A model generated the notes under the pieces. It ran no database searches. It was not told the origin of the DNA and was given only the letters and a program-made list of their open reading frames with translations. From contig JAFGWM010000032.1 in NCBI GenBank assembly GCA_016937155.1, positions 107,422 through 171,421 on the forward strand: a stretch of 64,000 bases of DNA, read 5' to 3'. Below are positions 1 to 10,860 of this stretch, piece by piece; within the stretch, counting starts at the first letter, position 1, and the number at the start of each line of letters is the position of its first letter. The DNA comes from Deltaproteobacteria bacterium (GTDB lineage Bacteria > Myxococcota_A > Polyangia > HGW-17). Made by a program: the position numbers and the translations under genes.

Positions 1-1488
1 AGTATAAAGGATAATTTCGGGGTTGCTATTTCCAAATGGAGCCAGAAGTTCCATCTGATCCAGAAATTCCGGCGTAATTTCAATAAATGATGCCTCTGTA
101 TCAACTTTTAATAAAATATCCTTATCAGTATCAGTGGGCTTCAGAATTCTATCCATTTCTGTTGCAAAAGAGCCGATTTTACTTCTCTTTATTTCTATTC
201 CAGCAGCACCCTCATGACCCCCAAAGGAGATGAGCAGATCCTTTAGCTGATCAAGGGCGGCATAGATATTTGCACCACCATAACTTCTGACACTGCCCCG
301 ACCGGTATCACCATTGATAAGAGCAACTGCAGCAGCAGGTCTTTTGAATTGTTCAGCTAGTTTGGCTGCCACTATACCGACTATCCCGGGATGCCAGTCT
401 TCTCCACTGACAACAACCGGCCATCGATAGTCCAGGGAGGCAGTAGCCTGCATTGTGGCTTCTCTGAGCATTTTTTCCTGAAGTTTCTGACGGGAAACAT
501 TTATTTCTTCAAGTCGTTTGGCAATCTTCAGTGCCTTTGAATAATTGTGGGTGGTCAGCAACTCAAAGCTTATATGAGCATCTCCCATTCTTCCAGGTGC
601 ATTAAGTTTTGGGACAAGCTTAAAAATGATGCTTTTTTCACTAATCTTTTCGAGAAAGTCGATCCCACTTGCATCAGCTAATGCTTTTATAGCAGGATTC
701 ATTTTATTTCGGATGAGATTCAATCCAAATGAAGTCAGTTTTCTGTTTATTCCGTTAAGAGGAGCTACATCGGCAAGAGTTCCAAGGGATACTATATCAA
801 GATATTTTTTTACATCGGGTAATTCATGTTCACTGAAATACCCGTCAGTAAGAAGTTTACTTCTCAATGCTGCAACGAGATAAAAAGAAAGCCCCACACT
901 TGCCATGGATGTATATGAGAAATCACTGTCATGCCTCAAAGGATTTACAATTGCCACAGCCCTAGGGTAGGGAGGCGTGAGATGATGATGATCAACAATT
1001 ACTACATCAACTGAATTTTTAACTGCATGATCAATGGCTTCATAATCAGTGGAACCGACATCAATTGCTATAATAAAAGTGACTCCATTACTCAGAAATT
1101 CATCCACGTCTTTGATGGTTAGACCGTAGCCTCTTTCACGTCTTGAAATAATTGTGTGATCAGGAATACGCAGTGCCTTAAAAAATTTATGCCAGATAGA
1201 TGCACTCCCTATCCCATCGACATCATAATCCCCAAAGATACCAATTGTCCGGCCTGATACTATTTCCCCGATAATTCTCTCCATTGCAATGTCCAGATCA
1301 GGAAGTTTGTCAGGAAGTGCAATATTTTTTAAACGTGGCTGAAGAAAGTCAAGAAGAGTATCATCAGCAAGATAGCCTCTGACAGCAAGAATTCTTGCAA
1401 CAGTTGGATTGATTCCCAGTTTGTGTTCTATATCAAAAGCTGCTTCAGGGGTGGGTTCCAGTAATACTGTAGGTTTGGGGGAGATCAC
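1..1488 (-). CDS. recJ: ssDNA-specific exonuclease RecJ (3' end runs off the window)
   Basis: Not in the ORF track; translated by hand from GTG at 1488: VISPKPTVLLEP...INPTVARILAVRG...FGDYDVDG...IVDHHH (DHH motif)...PKLNAPGRMG...WHPGIVGIVAAKLAEQF...GSVRS...FGGHEGAAG. Lies directly downstream of secF. Confidence 0.92.
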   Translation of the reverse strand, partial: MISPKPTVLLEPTPEAAFDIEHKLGINPTVARILAVRGYLADDTLLDFLQPRLKNIALPDKLPDLDIAMERIIGEIVSGRTIGIFGDYDVDGIGSASIWHKFFKALRIPDHTIISRRERGYGLTIKDVDEFLSNGVTFIIAIDVGSTDYEAIDHAVKNSVDVVIVDHHHLTPPYPRAVAIVNPLRHDSDFSYTSMASVGLSFYLVAALRSKLLTDGYFSEHELPDVKKYLDIVSLGTLADVAPLNGINRKLTSFGLNLIRNKMNPAIKALADASGIDFLEKISEKSIIFKLVPKLNAPGRMGDAHISFELLTTHNYSKALKIAKRLEEINVSRQKLQEKMLREATMQATASLDYRWPVVVSGEDWHPGIVGIVAAKLAEQFKRPAAAVALINGDTGRGSVRSYGGANIYAALDQLKDLLISFGGHEGAAGIEIKRSKIGSFATEMDRILKPTDTDKDILLKVDTEASFIEITPEFLDQMELLAPFGNSNPEIILYT

Positions 1489-1516
1489 TTTTCACGACAT
1501 AATCTGGGGATATTTA

Positions 1517-2947
1517 TTAGCGTTTACCGCCACGTCCGCCTTTGGGTTTACGCTTCATACGTTTTGCTTTGCGAACGGCCTGAGATTTCTGCTCTTCTTC
1601 AGTGAGCTCTTTTTCAGGTTTTTCATCATTATCGTCCTCATCCTCATCCTCATCGATAAGATAATCGTCAGGATCTTCTTCTTTTTTGCGTTCTCCAAGT
1701 CTTTCTGCAATTTCTTCAAAGGTGGCATTGAACCATAAAACCATGGGACTTGCGACCCAGATACTTGAGTATGTTCCTACAACGATGCCGATGATCATTG
1801 CGAAGGCAAAATCTCTCAATACACCAGTGGCCATAATTGCGATGGCAAGAACACTGAACAAAGTGGTTATTGAGGTAAGTGTAGTTCTTGAAAGTGTCTC
1901 GTTCAGGGAGATATTAATAACTTTCTCAAGATTTTTACTTCGTAGTTTAATAATATTTTCTCTGATACGGTCATAAACAACAATAGTATCATTAAGAGAA
2001 TAACCAACAATTGTAAGCAGAGCAGCAAGAATCGGGAGAGAAAACTCCATATAGAAGAGCGCAAAAATTCCAACTGTTATTGAAACGTCGTGAACAAGAG
2101 CAATAATAGCACCCGGAGCAAATTTAATATCAAATCTGATTACGATATAAAGAAGGATAAACCCGATTGCATAGAGGAGTGAAAGAATACCGTTTACACG
2201 AAGTCTTTTACCAACCTGAGGTCCACGACTTTCCACACTCAGAATATTTACAGGCTGTTTCATCTTTCCCGTTAATTCAGCCCCAAGTTTCTCTGAGATT
2301 GATTTGAGCGTAATGGTGTATTCATTTTTAAGGGGTGAAACGCCAGTTGTCTCAGCATAGTCCAGAAGATGTGAATGCTCTTTTTCCCAGACAGCTTTTT
2401 CTCCCTTTTTCAATTTAGATGAGTATTCAACGGATTCCTGACTGAGAGTAACATCAGGAAGTTTCGCATCAATTCCCAGTTGAGTGAAAATTGTAGAAAA
2501 ATCTTTTAAATCGACAGGTTTGAAAAAACGAACCTTTACACTGTCGCCACTTTCGGAAAATCGGACTCTGAAAAGATTTGTATTGTATTTGGCTTTGAAA
2601 CCGTTTTCTATGGCAATCTTCTTTTCATCGCTGATGGAGGAAAAACTTCTCATTCTGATGTAGTATTTCTTATTGCTTCCGAATTTAATTACATCAAAAT
2701 CCTTGTATCCCAGTGATTCCATAGCTTTTTTAACAGACTCACGGCTGGAAGATTTTTCAAGTTCCAACTGAATCTGTGTTCCACCAAGAAAATCAATACC
2801 CCAGTTGAGAATACTACCTCTTCCTGGAACAAAAAGATTACCGATTAAAATAAGAACAGTAATTCCTATAAGAGAGAATGAGATGAAGGCAGCCTTCTTT
2901 CGCATACCCATAAAGTCATACTTTGCATTTGCAAAAAAACGTATCAT
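1517..2947 (-). CDS. secF: Protein translocase subunit SecF
   Basis: WGIDFLGGT, ALVHDV, LTIVGYSLNDTIVVYDRIREN and SRTTLTSITTL motifs; follows secD. Confidence 0.97.
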   Translation of the reverse strand: MIRFFANAKYDFMGMRKKAAFISFSLIGITVLILIGNLFVPGRGSILNWGIDFLGGTQIQLELEKSSSRESVKKAMESLGYKDFDVIKFGSNKKYYIRMRSFSSISDEKKIAIENGFKAKYNTNLFRVRFSESGDSVKVRFFKPVDLKDFSTIFTQLGIDAKLPDVTLSQESVEYSSKLKKGEKAVWEKEHSHLLDYAETTGVSPLKNEYTITLKSISEKLGAELTGKMKQPVNILSVESRGPQVGKRLRVNGILSLLYAIGFILLYIVIRFDIKFAPGAIIALVHDVSITVGIFALFYMEFSLPILAALLTIVGYSLNDTIVVYDRIRENIIKLRSKNLEKVINISLNETLSRTTLTSITTLFSVLAIAIMATGVLRDFAFAMIIGIVVGTYSSIWVASPMVLWFNATFEEIAERLGERKKEEDPDDYLIDEDEDEDDNDEKPEKELTEEEQKSQAVRKAKRMKRKPKGGRGGKR

Positions 2948-2960
2948 AATAGTACCCCGC

Positions 2961-4853
2961 CTAGATGCTCAGGTTTTCAATCTTCCGCTTGGAAGTAATG
3001 AAGTCATAAATAACTCTGGTAAAGAAAACACCAGTGAGGATAGAAGTAATAATTCCTATGATTAAAGTAACGGCAAAACCTTTGATAGGACCGGTACCAA
3101 ATTCATAGAGTACAACACCGGCAATAGCAGTGGTTATCTGAGAATCCATAATGGTCCAGAATGCTCTGCCGTAACCACTGTCGATGGCTGCTCTGGGATT
3201 TTTACCCGCAAGCAGTTCCTCTCTAATTCGTTCGTAGATAATAACGTTGGCATCAACTGCCATACCAAGAGTCAATACAATTCCCGCAATACCGGGAAGA
3301 GTAAGTCTGGCTTCAAATCCTGCCATGATTGCCATTATAAGAAGAACATTCAGAACCAAAGCACTGACTGCAATCACACCACTCCATCTGTAATAGAAAA
3401 TCATGAACATGACAACAAAGATTGCACCAATAACCATAGCCCAGGCACCTCTGCGGATTGCTTCCTTACCAAGACTTGGTCCAACATTGAGTTCCATTTC
3501 CTTGGTTAGAGGAGCAGGAAGTGAACCACTTCTGAGAACATCAATGAGATCGTTTACCTGCCTCAGACGATCATTGGCACCACCAAATCCGCCAACAGTA
3601 ATCTGAACATTTTCAAAGATTTTATCCTGAATAAGAGGAGCGGATTCCACCCAGTCATCAAGTTTAATAGCCATTTTCCAGCCGATGTGGGAACCCGTGA
3701 GTTCAGCAAAATATTTACCACCGGTTCTGTTGAAAGTAGCATTTACTACTGCCTGATTCTCCTGATTGTAACCGATCTGTGCGTTAATGATGTATTCACC
3801 GGTTACTTTTGTGTTTTTTTCAAGAACCATTGCTTTAAGAATGCGCTGTGATGTACGTGTACCCATTCTTGTGGTTTTAAAGTCACGTTCGTATCCAATT
3901 TCCCTTAACTTAGGCATCTGGATTCCAGCTTTTACCAGCTCTTTTCTGAACAGGCTGTCAAGTTTTTTTCTTGCCTTGATGAATTCCTGCTGCTGATCAG
4001 TGGGAAGAGATCTCGTTGGAACGTCAGCTATCAGGTAAATGACCTTGTGATCTTCACCTGATTTCCTGGCTTTGAACCGATCTTCTTCAATTCTGATACC
4101 CTTATAAGGTCCTTTTTTAACAGTGTTGGCTTTTCCAAAACCATACTTGTCACGAAGATATTTTCCGGCTTCATGCATATATTTTGTCTTGGAATCAACA
4201 ACTTTGAACTCAAGATGAGCACTTCTGGTTATGATTCTTTTTATTCTGTCCTGACTTTTCTTATCGAGTCCGGGAAGCTCAACAACAATCATGTCATCTT
4301 TGCGATAAATTTCCGGTGAAGCCACACCGAATTCATCCACACGATCTCTAATTGTTTCAACAGCTCTTGCAAGTGCTTTACTCTCAAGATCTCTTGAGTA
4401 TTTCCCATCCATATTGAAAAATACTGTGTTTCCCTTTGTTCCGGTTTTAATAAGTCTCGGATCTCGAGGATCTGTGTATCCATCAACAGCTTTATCGAGT
4501 TTTTTGCTATCAATTGATTTTTTGAAAGTGAGTTCAATCCGTGAACCTCTTACATTGATATCAAAATACTCTGATTTTGCCTTGTTTTTTTCACCATAGG
4601 CTTCCTGAAGCCTTACCTTGATATCCTCAGCAAAGTTATCAAGCTGGTTTTCTATGATAATGTCGGTGTCAATGGCATATTCCAAGTGAACACCACCAGC
4701 AAGATCAAGACCTTGAAGGACTTTTTTGGTGAAAGTCTTGTTGATAAATCCTGGCAGTTTTTTCTCACTTACAAAAGTTGGCAGAAGATAAACTGCCGAA
4801 AAAACTGCTACGAAAAGAAAGAAAAATGCTCTCCAAAACCACTTGCGTTCCAT
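2961..4853 (-). CDS. secD: Protein translocase subunit SecD
   Basis: GLDLAGG, IRDRVDEFGV, LRSGSLPAP, GPSLG and GMAVDANVIIYERIREE motifs. Confidence 0.97.
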   Translation of the reverse strand: MERKWFWRAFFFLFVAVFSAVYLLPTFVSEKKLPGFINKTFTKKVLQGLDLAGGVHLEYAIDTDIIIENQLDNFAEDIKVRLQEAYGEKNKAKSEYFDINVRGSRIELTFKKSIDSKKLDKAVDGYTDPRDPRLIKTGTKGNTVFFNMDGKYSRDLESKALARAVETIRDRVDEFGVASPEIYRKDDMIVVELPGLDKKSQDRIKRIITRSAHLEFKVVDSKTKYMHEAGKYLRDKYGFGKANTVKKGPYKGIRIEEDRFKARKSGEDHKVIYLIADVPTRSLPTDQQQEFIKARKKLDSLFRKELVKAGIQMPKLREIGYERDFKTTRMGTRTSQRILKAMVLEKNTKVTGEYIINAQIGYNQENQAVVNATFNRTGGKYFAELTGSHIGWKMAIKLDDWVESAPLIQDKIFENVQITVGGFGGANDRLRQVNDLIDVLRSGSLPAPLTKEMELNVGPSLGKEAIRRGAWAMVIGAIFVVMFMIFYYRWSGVIAVSALVLNVLLIMAIMAGFEARLTLPGIAGIVLTLGMAVDANVIIYERIREELLAGKNPRAAIDSGYGRAFWTIMDSQITTAIAGVVLYEFGTGPIKGFAVTLIIGIITSILTGVFFTRVIYDFITSKRKIENLSI

Positions 4854-4868
4854 GGTTCTAAACCCCGT

Positions 4869-5360
4869 TTATTCCTTTTTTCTGCCGCTGTCAGTGTTGC
4901 TGTCAGCACCTTTATTGTCCATCTGTTTACCCTGAATATAATGTCTCAGGACTTTAATTTTTGTTTTATCCCCTACTTCCAGGGTTACAATCCGGTCATT
5001 AATGGAAACGATTGTTCCAAGAATTCCACCGCTGGTTACTACCTTATCGCCCTTCATTAATGCGTTCAAAAGTCCCTGATGCTCTTTTTGTTTTTTCTGC
5101 TGAGGACGGATAAGGAAAAAATAAAACACAACCATCATCACAGCCAGAAGTCCGAAACTCATAAATGGATTGTCGCCTCCGCATCCACCCTGAGAGTTGC
5201 CTTTATTTTTCTGAGGAACGCCCATCGAAGTCTCAGTCTGTTTGTTCTCGGTTTGTGAATTTGAAACCGCCTGAGGTGGTTGAGCAACAGGAGTATTCAG
5301 TTGCTTTCCGCCGCTAACCTGCGGACCATCAGGGGTTTGAAACGGTATTCTAATACTCAC
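4869..5360 (-). CDS. yajC: Preprotein translocase subunit YajC with a long N-terminal extension
   Basis: FYFFLIRPQQKKQKEH...KGDKVVTSGGILG; GTG start with GGAGG RBS; yajC-secD-secF order. Confidence 0.93.
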   Translation of the reverse strand: MSIRIPFQTPDGPQVSGGKQLNTPVAQPPQAVSNSQTENKQTETSMGVPQKNKGNSQGGCGGDNPFMSFGLLAVMMVVFYFFLIRPQQKKQKEHQGLLNALMKGDKVVTSGGILGTIVSINDRIVTLEVGDKTKIKVLRHYIQGKQMDNKGADSNTDSGRKKE

Positions 5361-5713
5361 AGATTACCTCCTAAAGACAAAATGCCTCCATAAATGCCAG
5401 CCAAAAAATTGAGGCAGGTCAGCTTGGTGTATCAGAGAAGAGTAAAGAGGTCAACATTGAATCAACCAATGTGAATAACACTCTCGATTTTGTTTGCAAA
5501 CATAAAAAGTAATTTTTAAAAAGCAATATAAAAAATAACTTTTTTCATTGGAGTTGACTTTGTTTCAGGGTTTTTTATATTTCCTTCCTTTAATTCAGTA
5601 TGTATTCGTCAGAAAATTTGATTTTACAGAACCTGGAAACATAATACTACGTGAATGGTACAGATACTGAGTATTACAACTTCACTGGAAATATATTCAT
5701 CGGAGACATAATA

Positions 5714-7504
5714 TTGCTTTACAGCACACAGAACCTGCATGAGATTCGACAGGCAATTAATATTGCTGATTATGTGGGGAGGATTGTTCCTCTTAGACCA
5801 TCTGGTGTGCAGCTTAAGGGCAGATGTCCCTTTCATGATGAAAAAACCCCCAGTTTTTATGTTCATCCAGACAAAAAATTCTATATCTGCTATGGCTGTG
5901 GGGCAAAAGGAGATCTTTTTGATTTTGTCATGAGGTATGATGGAATTAGTTTTGGCGATGCAGTTCGTAAACTCGCACTTGAAGCTGGAATTACTCTTGA
6001 AACTGCAGAACCGGAAAAAGAAGAAGGTCTCCGGAAAGAACAGGAATACAAAAAACATCTTTTCCATATCAACAGCTTTGTTACCGATTTTTTTGCCCAT
6101 AAACTTGAAATACCCGCTGGTGCAATTGCAAGAAATTATCTTGAATCCAGAAAAATAACCATGGAAACAGCAAGAAGATTCAGAATCGGTTATGCCATGG
6201 ATTCATGGGATTCTCTGACAATTGAGTTATCCTCTAGGGGAATGATTAAAGGTGCTTTGGAACTGGGATTGATAAAACCCGGAACTTCAGGTAACTATTA
6301 CGACTTTTTTCGACACAGACTTATGTTTCCAGTTTTGGATACCAGTGGGAGAGTTTGTGGATTTTCAGGCAGAATACTTGATTCAGAAAGAAAAGAGGGG
6401 AAATATGTAAATTCTCCTGAATCATCTGTATTTCTGAAAAGAAAAAGTTTATTTGGAATAAATCTGGCGAGGCCTGCAATTTTAAGAGAAAAATCAGTTC
6501 CGGTTCTGGTGGAAGGAAATCTTGATGTGGTCTCCTGTCATCAGGCTGGAATTAGTTCTGCAATTGCACCTCTGGGAACTGCTTTCACAGATGAACAGCT
6601 CGCTTTGATACGACGTTTTTCCAAGGAACTTCATATAATGTTTGATGGTGACATCGCTGGAAAATCTGCTGCGCTGAAAACGATTCCTCTTCTTGTATCC
6701 AGAGAAATGTCTGGACATACAGTTCTTCTTCCTGAAAAAGAGGATCCAGACAGTATAATACGGAACCATGGCAGAGATTATCTGGTTGATATTATCTCCA
6801 AAGCTCGTCCTCATATTGAAACTTATCTTGACATTACTCTCCCCGGGAGAGAAAAACCGGTTTCTGAAAGGGTAGCATCTTTAAACAATCTTGAACCATT
6901 ATGGAAAATACTCCCTGAGAACCTCAGAGATGTATACGTGGAGCATATTTCTATACTTCTTGATGTGGACATTAAAGCTGTAAAATCCTACCTTAAAAGA
7001 ATAAATGTTACCGGACCTGAAAAAAATATTATTCCAAAAACTGAAAAACTCGCTATTAAGACCCTGAACATGGAGGAGCGATCTGAGTTGACTGCGCTTA
7101 TGCATTTGTTTGCTCTGTATTTCAAGGATACAGAAAACAAACTTCCATCACTTGAAAAATCCGGTATGGAAGAAATGTTTGCAGGTAACCTTGCCAAGGA
7201 TCTTCTCAGAACTTTCATGGAGAACGGTCCCGGTATCGAAGCGGATATGGGTTCTTTTTTAGGTGACTACCTTATGGCGGAATTCAAATCTGCGAAGGAT
7301 TCTTTCAAAGACAATATTGATCTGGAAGGAGTTTTCGCTGAGATAATGAATAAAATAACAGTTTTATCACTGAGACATAGAATTAAATTACTGGATTTCC
7401 AGATTATGGATGCAAAAAAAGAGGGAGATAATAACAAGTTACATGGATTATTGAATGAAAAATTGAATTTAGAGCGACTCCGAATAAAACAGAATAACTC
7501 CTGA
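5714..7504 (+). CDS. dnaG: DNA primase
   Basis: CHC2 zinc finger CPFHDEKTPSF...CYGC; KYVNSPE; TOPRIM LVEGNLD and FDGDIAG; KEDPD. Start moved from 5651 to TTG 5714, which has a GGAG RBS. Confidence 0.96.
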   Translation: MLYSTQNLHEIRQAINIADYVGRIVPLRPSGVQLKGRCPFHDEKTPSFYVHPDKKFYICYGCGAKGDLFDFVMRYDGISFGDAVRKLALEAGITLETAEPEKEEGLRKEQEYKKHLFHINSFVTDFFAHKLEIPAGAIARNYLESRKITMETARRFRIGYAMDSWDSLTIELSSRGMIKGALELGLIKPGTSGNYYDFFRHRLMFPVLDTSGRVCGFSGRILDSERKEGKYVNSPESSVFLKRKSLFGINLARPAILREKSVPVLVEGNLDVVSCHQAGISSAIAPLGTAFTDEQLALIRRFSKELHIMFDGDIAGKSAALKTIPLLVSREMSGHTVLLPEKEDPDSIIRNHGRDYLVDIISKARPHIETYLDITLPGREKPVSERVASLNNLEPLWKILPENLRDVYVEHISILLDVDIKAVKSYLKRINVTGPEKNIIPKTEKLAIKTLNMEERSELTALMHLFALYFKDTENKLPSLEKSGMEEMFAGNLAKDLLRTFMENGPGIEADMGSFLGDYLMAEFKSAKDSFKDNIDLEGVFAEIMNKITVLSLRHRIKLLDFQIMDAKKEGDNNKLHGLLNEKLNLERLRIKQNNS

Positions 7505-7517
7505 GAGGTAACGATAG

Positions 7518-9599
7518 ATGGCAGAAAAAAGTACAAAGAAGGTTCAGGAAAAATCCAGGGAACAGAAAAAAGAAACAAAGGCAGCTTCTTCCAAAAAGAA
7601 GACCTCAATTGAGAAAGCCTCAAAAAAGAAAGCTCCAACTTCTGAAAAAGAAGAAAAAGTGGAGAAAATTGAAAAACCAAAAAAGGCTGTAAAAGAGGAA
7701 AAGAAAGCTGTTAAAGTAGTTGAGAAAAAACCCCGGCGTTCTTCCAAAACTGTAAAATCAGTATCAGAAACCGAAGAGAAACCTGCGAAAAAGGGAGTTA
7801 AAAAACAGACTCCAAAAACTAAAAAAGAGGAAGTTTCTCAGCATCCTGAACCGGTTTCAGATGATAGTGATGACTTTGAAAATGATGATTTCAATGATCA
7901 ACTCATAGTAAAGGAAGCTGCTACCCAACTTTTTATGAAGAGCAAGGAAAAGGGATTTGTGACATACAAGGAATTGAATGAGATAATTCCCGAAGATATT
8001 GAAGCAGATCAACTTGATGAAATATACTCAATCTTTTCCGATGCAGGTGTAAGCGTTGTTGAGAATGAGGAAGAAAAAATATTTAATGAATCCAAGGAAA
8101 CCGAAGAAGTCAATGTGGGACACAGCAATGATCCCGTAAGAATGTATCTGAGGAAAATGGGCGAAGTTGCTCTCCTGACAAGAGAAGGGGAAGTGGATAT
8201 CGCTAAACGGATAGAAGAAGGCGAAAATCAGGTTCTCGAGGTTGTACTGAACAGCCAACTTGCTGTTCAGGAGATAATTACCCTTGGGGAACTTCTTAAA
8301 AAATCAAAAATCAGAGTGAGAGAAGTTACCAGGCGCTTTGATGATGAAGCACCCGATGCTGATGAAAATGTTCAGAAGGATTCTATTGTACGTCTTATCG
8401 AGAAGGTTAAAAAACTCAAAAAAGATATAACCCGGCTTGAAACACAAAGCAGAGGCAGAAGTAAGATAGATTTTTCAATTAAAAACATTCTTAAGAGGCG
8501 TAATCTTACTCAACTGGAAAAATCTCAACAGGAACTTTTCCAGACTCTTTGTGAACTTAAACTGACAAAAAAGCAGATTCAGACCATTGTTCAAAGGATG
8601 AAAACTTTTCTGAATCAGATTCAGGAATCTGAAAAATGCATCACTGATATGGAAAAACTTACCAGTCTTGATGTTAAGCAGATTAAATCTCTTGCCAAAT
8701 CTGCAAAAGGTCATGAAACGAAAACCCATAGATTCAGTTCTGAAAAAATTCAGGAATTTGAGCGTCGCATTCGTGAGATGCAGAAAACAATAAACAAGGT
8801 AGAAAAAGAAGCTGAATTAAGCTCAATGGAACTTCGGGATACCTACCACAAGATTAAGGCCGGAGAAATTCAGGCTGAAAATGCAAAAAGTGAACTTGTC
8901 GAGGCAAATTTAAGACTTGTTGTAAGTATCGCAAAAAAATATACAAACAGGGGTTTGCAGTTTCTTGATTTAATTCAGGAAGGCAATATCGGTCTTATGA
9001 AGGCGGTTGATAAATTTGAATATACCCGCGGTTACAAATTTTCAACCTACGCCACCTGGTGGATCAGGCAGGCAATAACCAGATCAATTGCTGATCAGGC
9101 ACGTACTATTCGTATTCCTGTTCATATGATAGAAACAATTAATAAATTGAACAGAGTTTCCAGATTACTAGTTCAGGAACTGGGGAGAGAGCCTACTCCG
9201 GAGGAAATCGCCGACAGAATGGAAATTCCTGCAGATAAGGTTCTGAAGGTTCTTAAAATAGCAAAGGAACCCATCAGTCTCGAATCACCAGTTGGAGATG
9301 AAGAAGACAGTCATCTTGGTGATTTTCTTGAGGATAAGAGTGTTATAGCTCCTCAGGATGCAGTAATTGCCAGAAGTTTGGAAGAACAAACAAGAAGAGT
9401 TCTGTCAACATTAAGTCCAAGAGAAGAAAAGGTACTCAGGATGCGTTTTGGCATTGGAGCCAGAAGCGATCATACTCTTGAAGAAGTAGGGCAGGATTTT
9501 TCTGTTACAAGAGAGCGAATTCGTCAGATTGAAGCTAAAGCTCTCCGAAAACTCAGACATCCTTCAAGAGCAAAAGTTCTTAAGGGATTTAGCGAATAG
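7518..9599 (+). CDS. rpoD: Primary RNA polymerase sigma factor RpoD with a Lys-rich N-terminal extension
   Basis: [40 protein letters not shown] and [16 protein letters not shown]; follows dnaG. Confidence 0.98.
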   Translation: MAEKSTKKVQEKSREQKKETKAASSKKKTSIEKASKKKAPTSEKEEKVEKIEKPKKAVKEEKKAVKVVEKKPRRSSKTVKSVSETEEKPAKKGVKKQTPKTKKEEVSQHPEPVSDDSDDFENDDFNDQLIVKEAATQLFMKSKEKGFVTYKELNEIIPEDIEADQLDEIYSIFSDAGVSVVENEEEKIFNESKETEEVNVGHSNDPVRMYLRKMGEVALLTREGEVDIAKRIEEGENQVLEVVLNSQLAVQEIITLGELLKKSKIRVREVTRRFDDEAPDADENVQKDSIVRLIEKVKKLKKDITRLETQSRGRSKIDFSIKNILKRRNLTQLEKSQQELFQTLCELKLTKKQIQTIVQRMKTFLNQIQESEKCITDMEKLTSLDVKQIKSLAKSAKGHETKTHRFSSEKIQEFERRIREMQKTINKVEKEAELSSMELRDTYHKIKAGEIQAENAKSELVEANLRLVVSIAKKYTNRGLQFLDLIQEGNIGLMKAVDKFEYTRGYKFSTYATWWIRQAITRSIADQARTIRIPVHMIETINKLNRVSRLLVQELGREPTPEEIADRMEIPADKVLKVLKIAKEPISLESPVGDEEDSHLGDFLEDKSVIAPQDAVIARSLEEQTRRVLSTLSPREEKVLRMRFGIGARSDHTLEEVGQDFSVTRERIRQIEAKALRKLRHPSRAKVLKGFSE

Positions 9600-9642
9600 T
9601 TCCATTTATATTACAAATCCACAAAAATGAGGAAGTTATCTT

Positions 9643-10821
9643 ATGAAGAACCATGAATTTATTTCCCCCCTAAAATTGAAACCAACGGTTAAGACAGCAC
9701 TTGAAGAAAAGCTTGTGTATGCAGGAAAAGGTGTAAAATCTGTTGAAATTATTCCGGAAGAAAATTCCCGACCGCTTATCAGATTCAGTTGCGATGAATT
9801 TTCTGATGAAGAATCAATTCAGATTGAAATGGAAAAAATGATCAGAGGTTTTTCAAGGGGTTTTCTCGAGGTGGAAAAGGAAATTCTTTTCGATCAAAGA
9901 GAAAGACAGGTTCCGGGCAAAACTGATGTTTATGATGAAATGATCAGCAGGGGATGGGTTCATGAATATGAGACCGGCAGAGTTTCTCTTGATGACAAAG
10001 CAGCAGATCTGTATAACTTTTTCGATGCTGAGTTTGTCAAAATAGCCGATGGCTATGGAGCCAGACCCATTCAGTTTCCAACGCTGATAAGTATGGAAAC
10101 TCTTCGTAAAGCTGATTATTTTGCGAGTTTTCCTCATCACATAACACTGGCTACACATCTTATTGAGGATGCCGAAAAAATTACTGAATTCAGTAAAAGA
10201 TATTCTGATGAAGGTGATATGGATTTATCTGAAGTTACTGAGAAAACAGAGCATGTCTGTTCTCCGGCAGTGTGTTTTCATCTGTATCAGGCACTTGAAG
10301 GAGAAAAACTTGATGGTGTCGTCAGAAGAACAGCCATCGGACCATGTTTCAGGTATGAAAGCTCCAATATGAAAACTCTGGAAAGGTTGTGGGATTTTCA
10401 TATGAGAGAGATAATTTTTGTTGGTCCCTCATCAGAAGTGGATGAGCTTAGAAAGACTGCTATGAAACCTGTGATGGAACTGGTGGACAGGATCGGAATG
10501 AAATCTCATATTGAAACTGCCAGTGATCCGTTTTTTGTAAATAATTACAGTGGACAGACTTTTTATCAACTGAGCCATAAAACAAAATATGAACTGAGGT
10601 TGCACCTTCCGTTCAGAGAAGATCACTCTCTGGCAGCAGCTTCATTTAACTGGCATCAGACCTTTTTTGGAAACAGATTTTCCATAAGTGCCGGTGGAGA
10701 AGAAAGCGGAACCGCATGTGTAGCTTTTGGTGTTGAAAGATGGGTTTATGCATTTCTGGTTCAATTTGGAATGGATCCCGCCTATTGGCCTCAGTATGTC
10801 TTGGATAATATTCCGCGGTAA
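9643..10821 (+). CDS. Atypical class II seryl-tRNA synthetase homologue (methanogen-type SerRS / amino acid:carrier-protein ligase family)
   Basis: Motif 1-like FPTLIS; YFASFPH; SPAVCFHLY; motif 2 CFRYE...ERLWDFHMREIIFVG; motif 3 TACVAFGVERW. Putative Cys/Glu/Cys Zn ligands. Confidence 0.75.
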   Translation: MKNHEFISPLKLKPTVKTALEEKLVYAGKGVKSVEIIPEENSRPLIRFSCDEFSDEESIQIEMEKMIRGFSRGFLEVEKEILFDQRERQVPGKTDVYDEMISRGWVHEYETGRVSLDDKAADLYNFFDAEFVKIADGYGARPIQFPTLISMETLRKADYFASFPHHITLATHLIEDAEKITEFSKRYSDEGDMDLSEVTEKTEHVCSPAVCFHLYQALEGEKLDGVVRRTAIGPCFRYESSNMKTLERLWDFHMREIIFVGPSSEVDELRKTAMKPVMELVDRIGMKSHIETASDPFFVNNYSGQTFYQLSHKTKYELRLHLPFREDHSLAAASFNWHQTFFGNRFSISAGGEESGTACVAFGVERWVYAFLVQFGMDPAYWPQYVLDNIPR

Positions 10822-10860
10822 AAAAATCTGTAAATAATAACAAAATAGAGAAATACGGGG

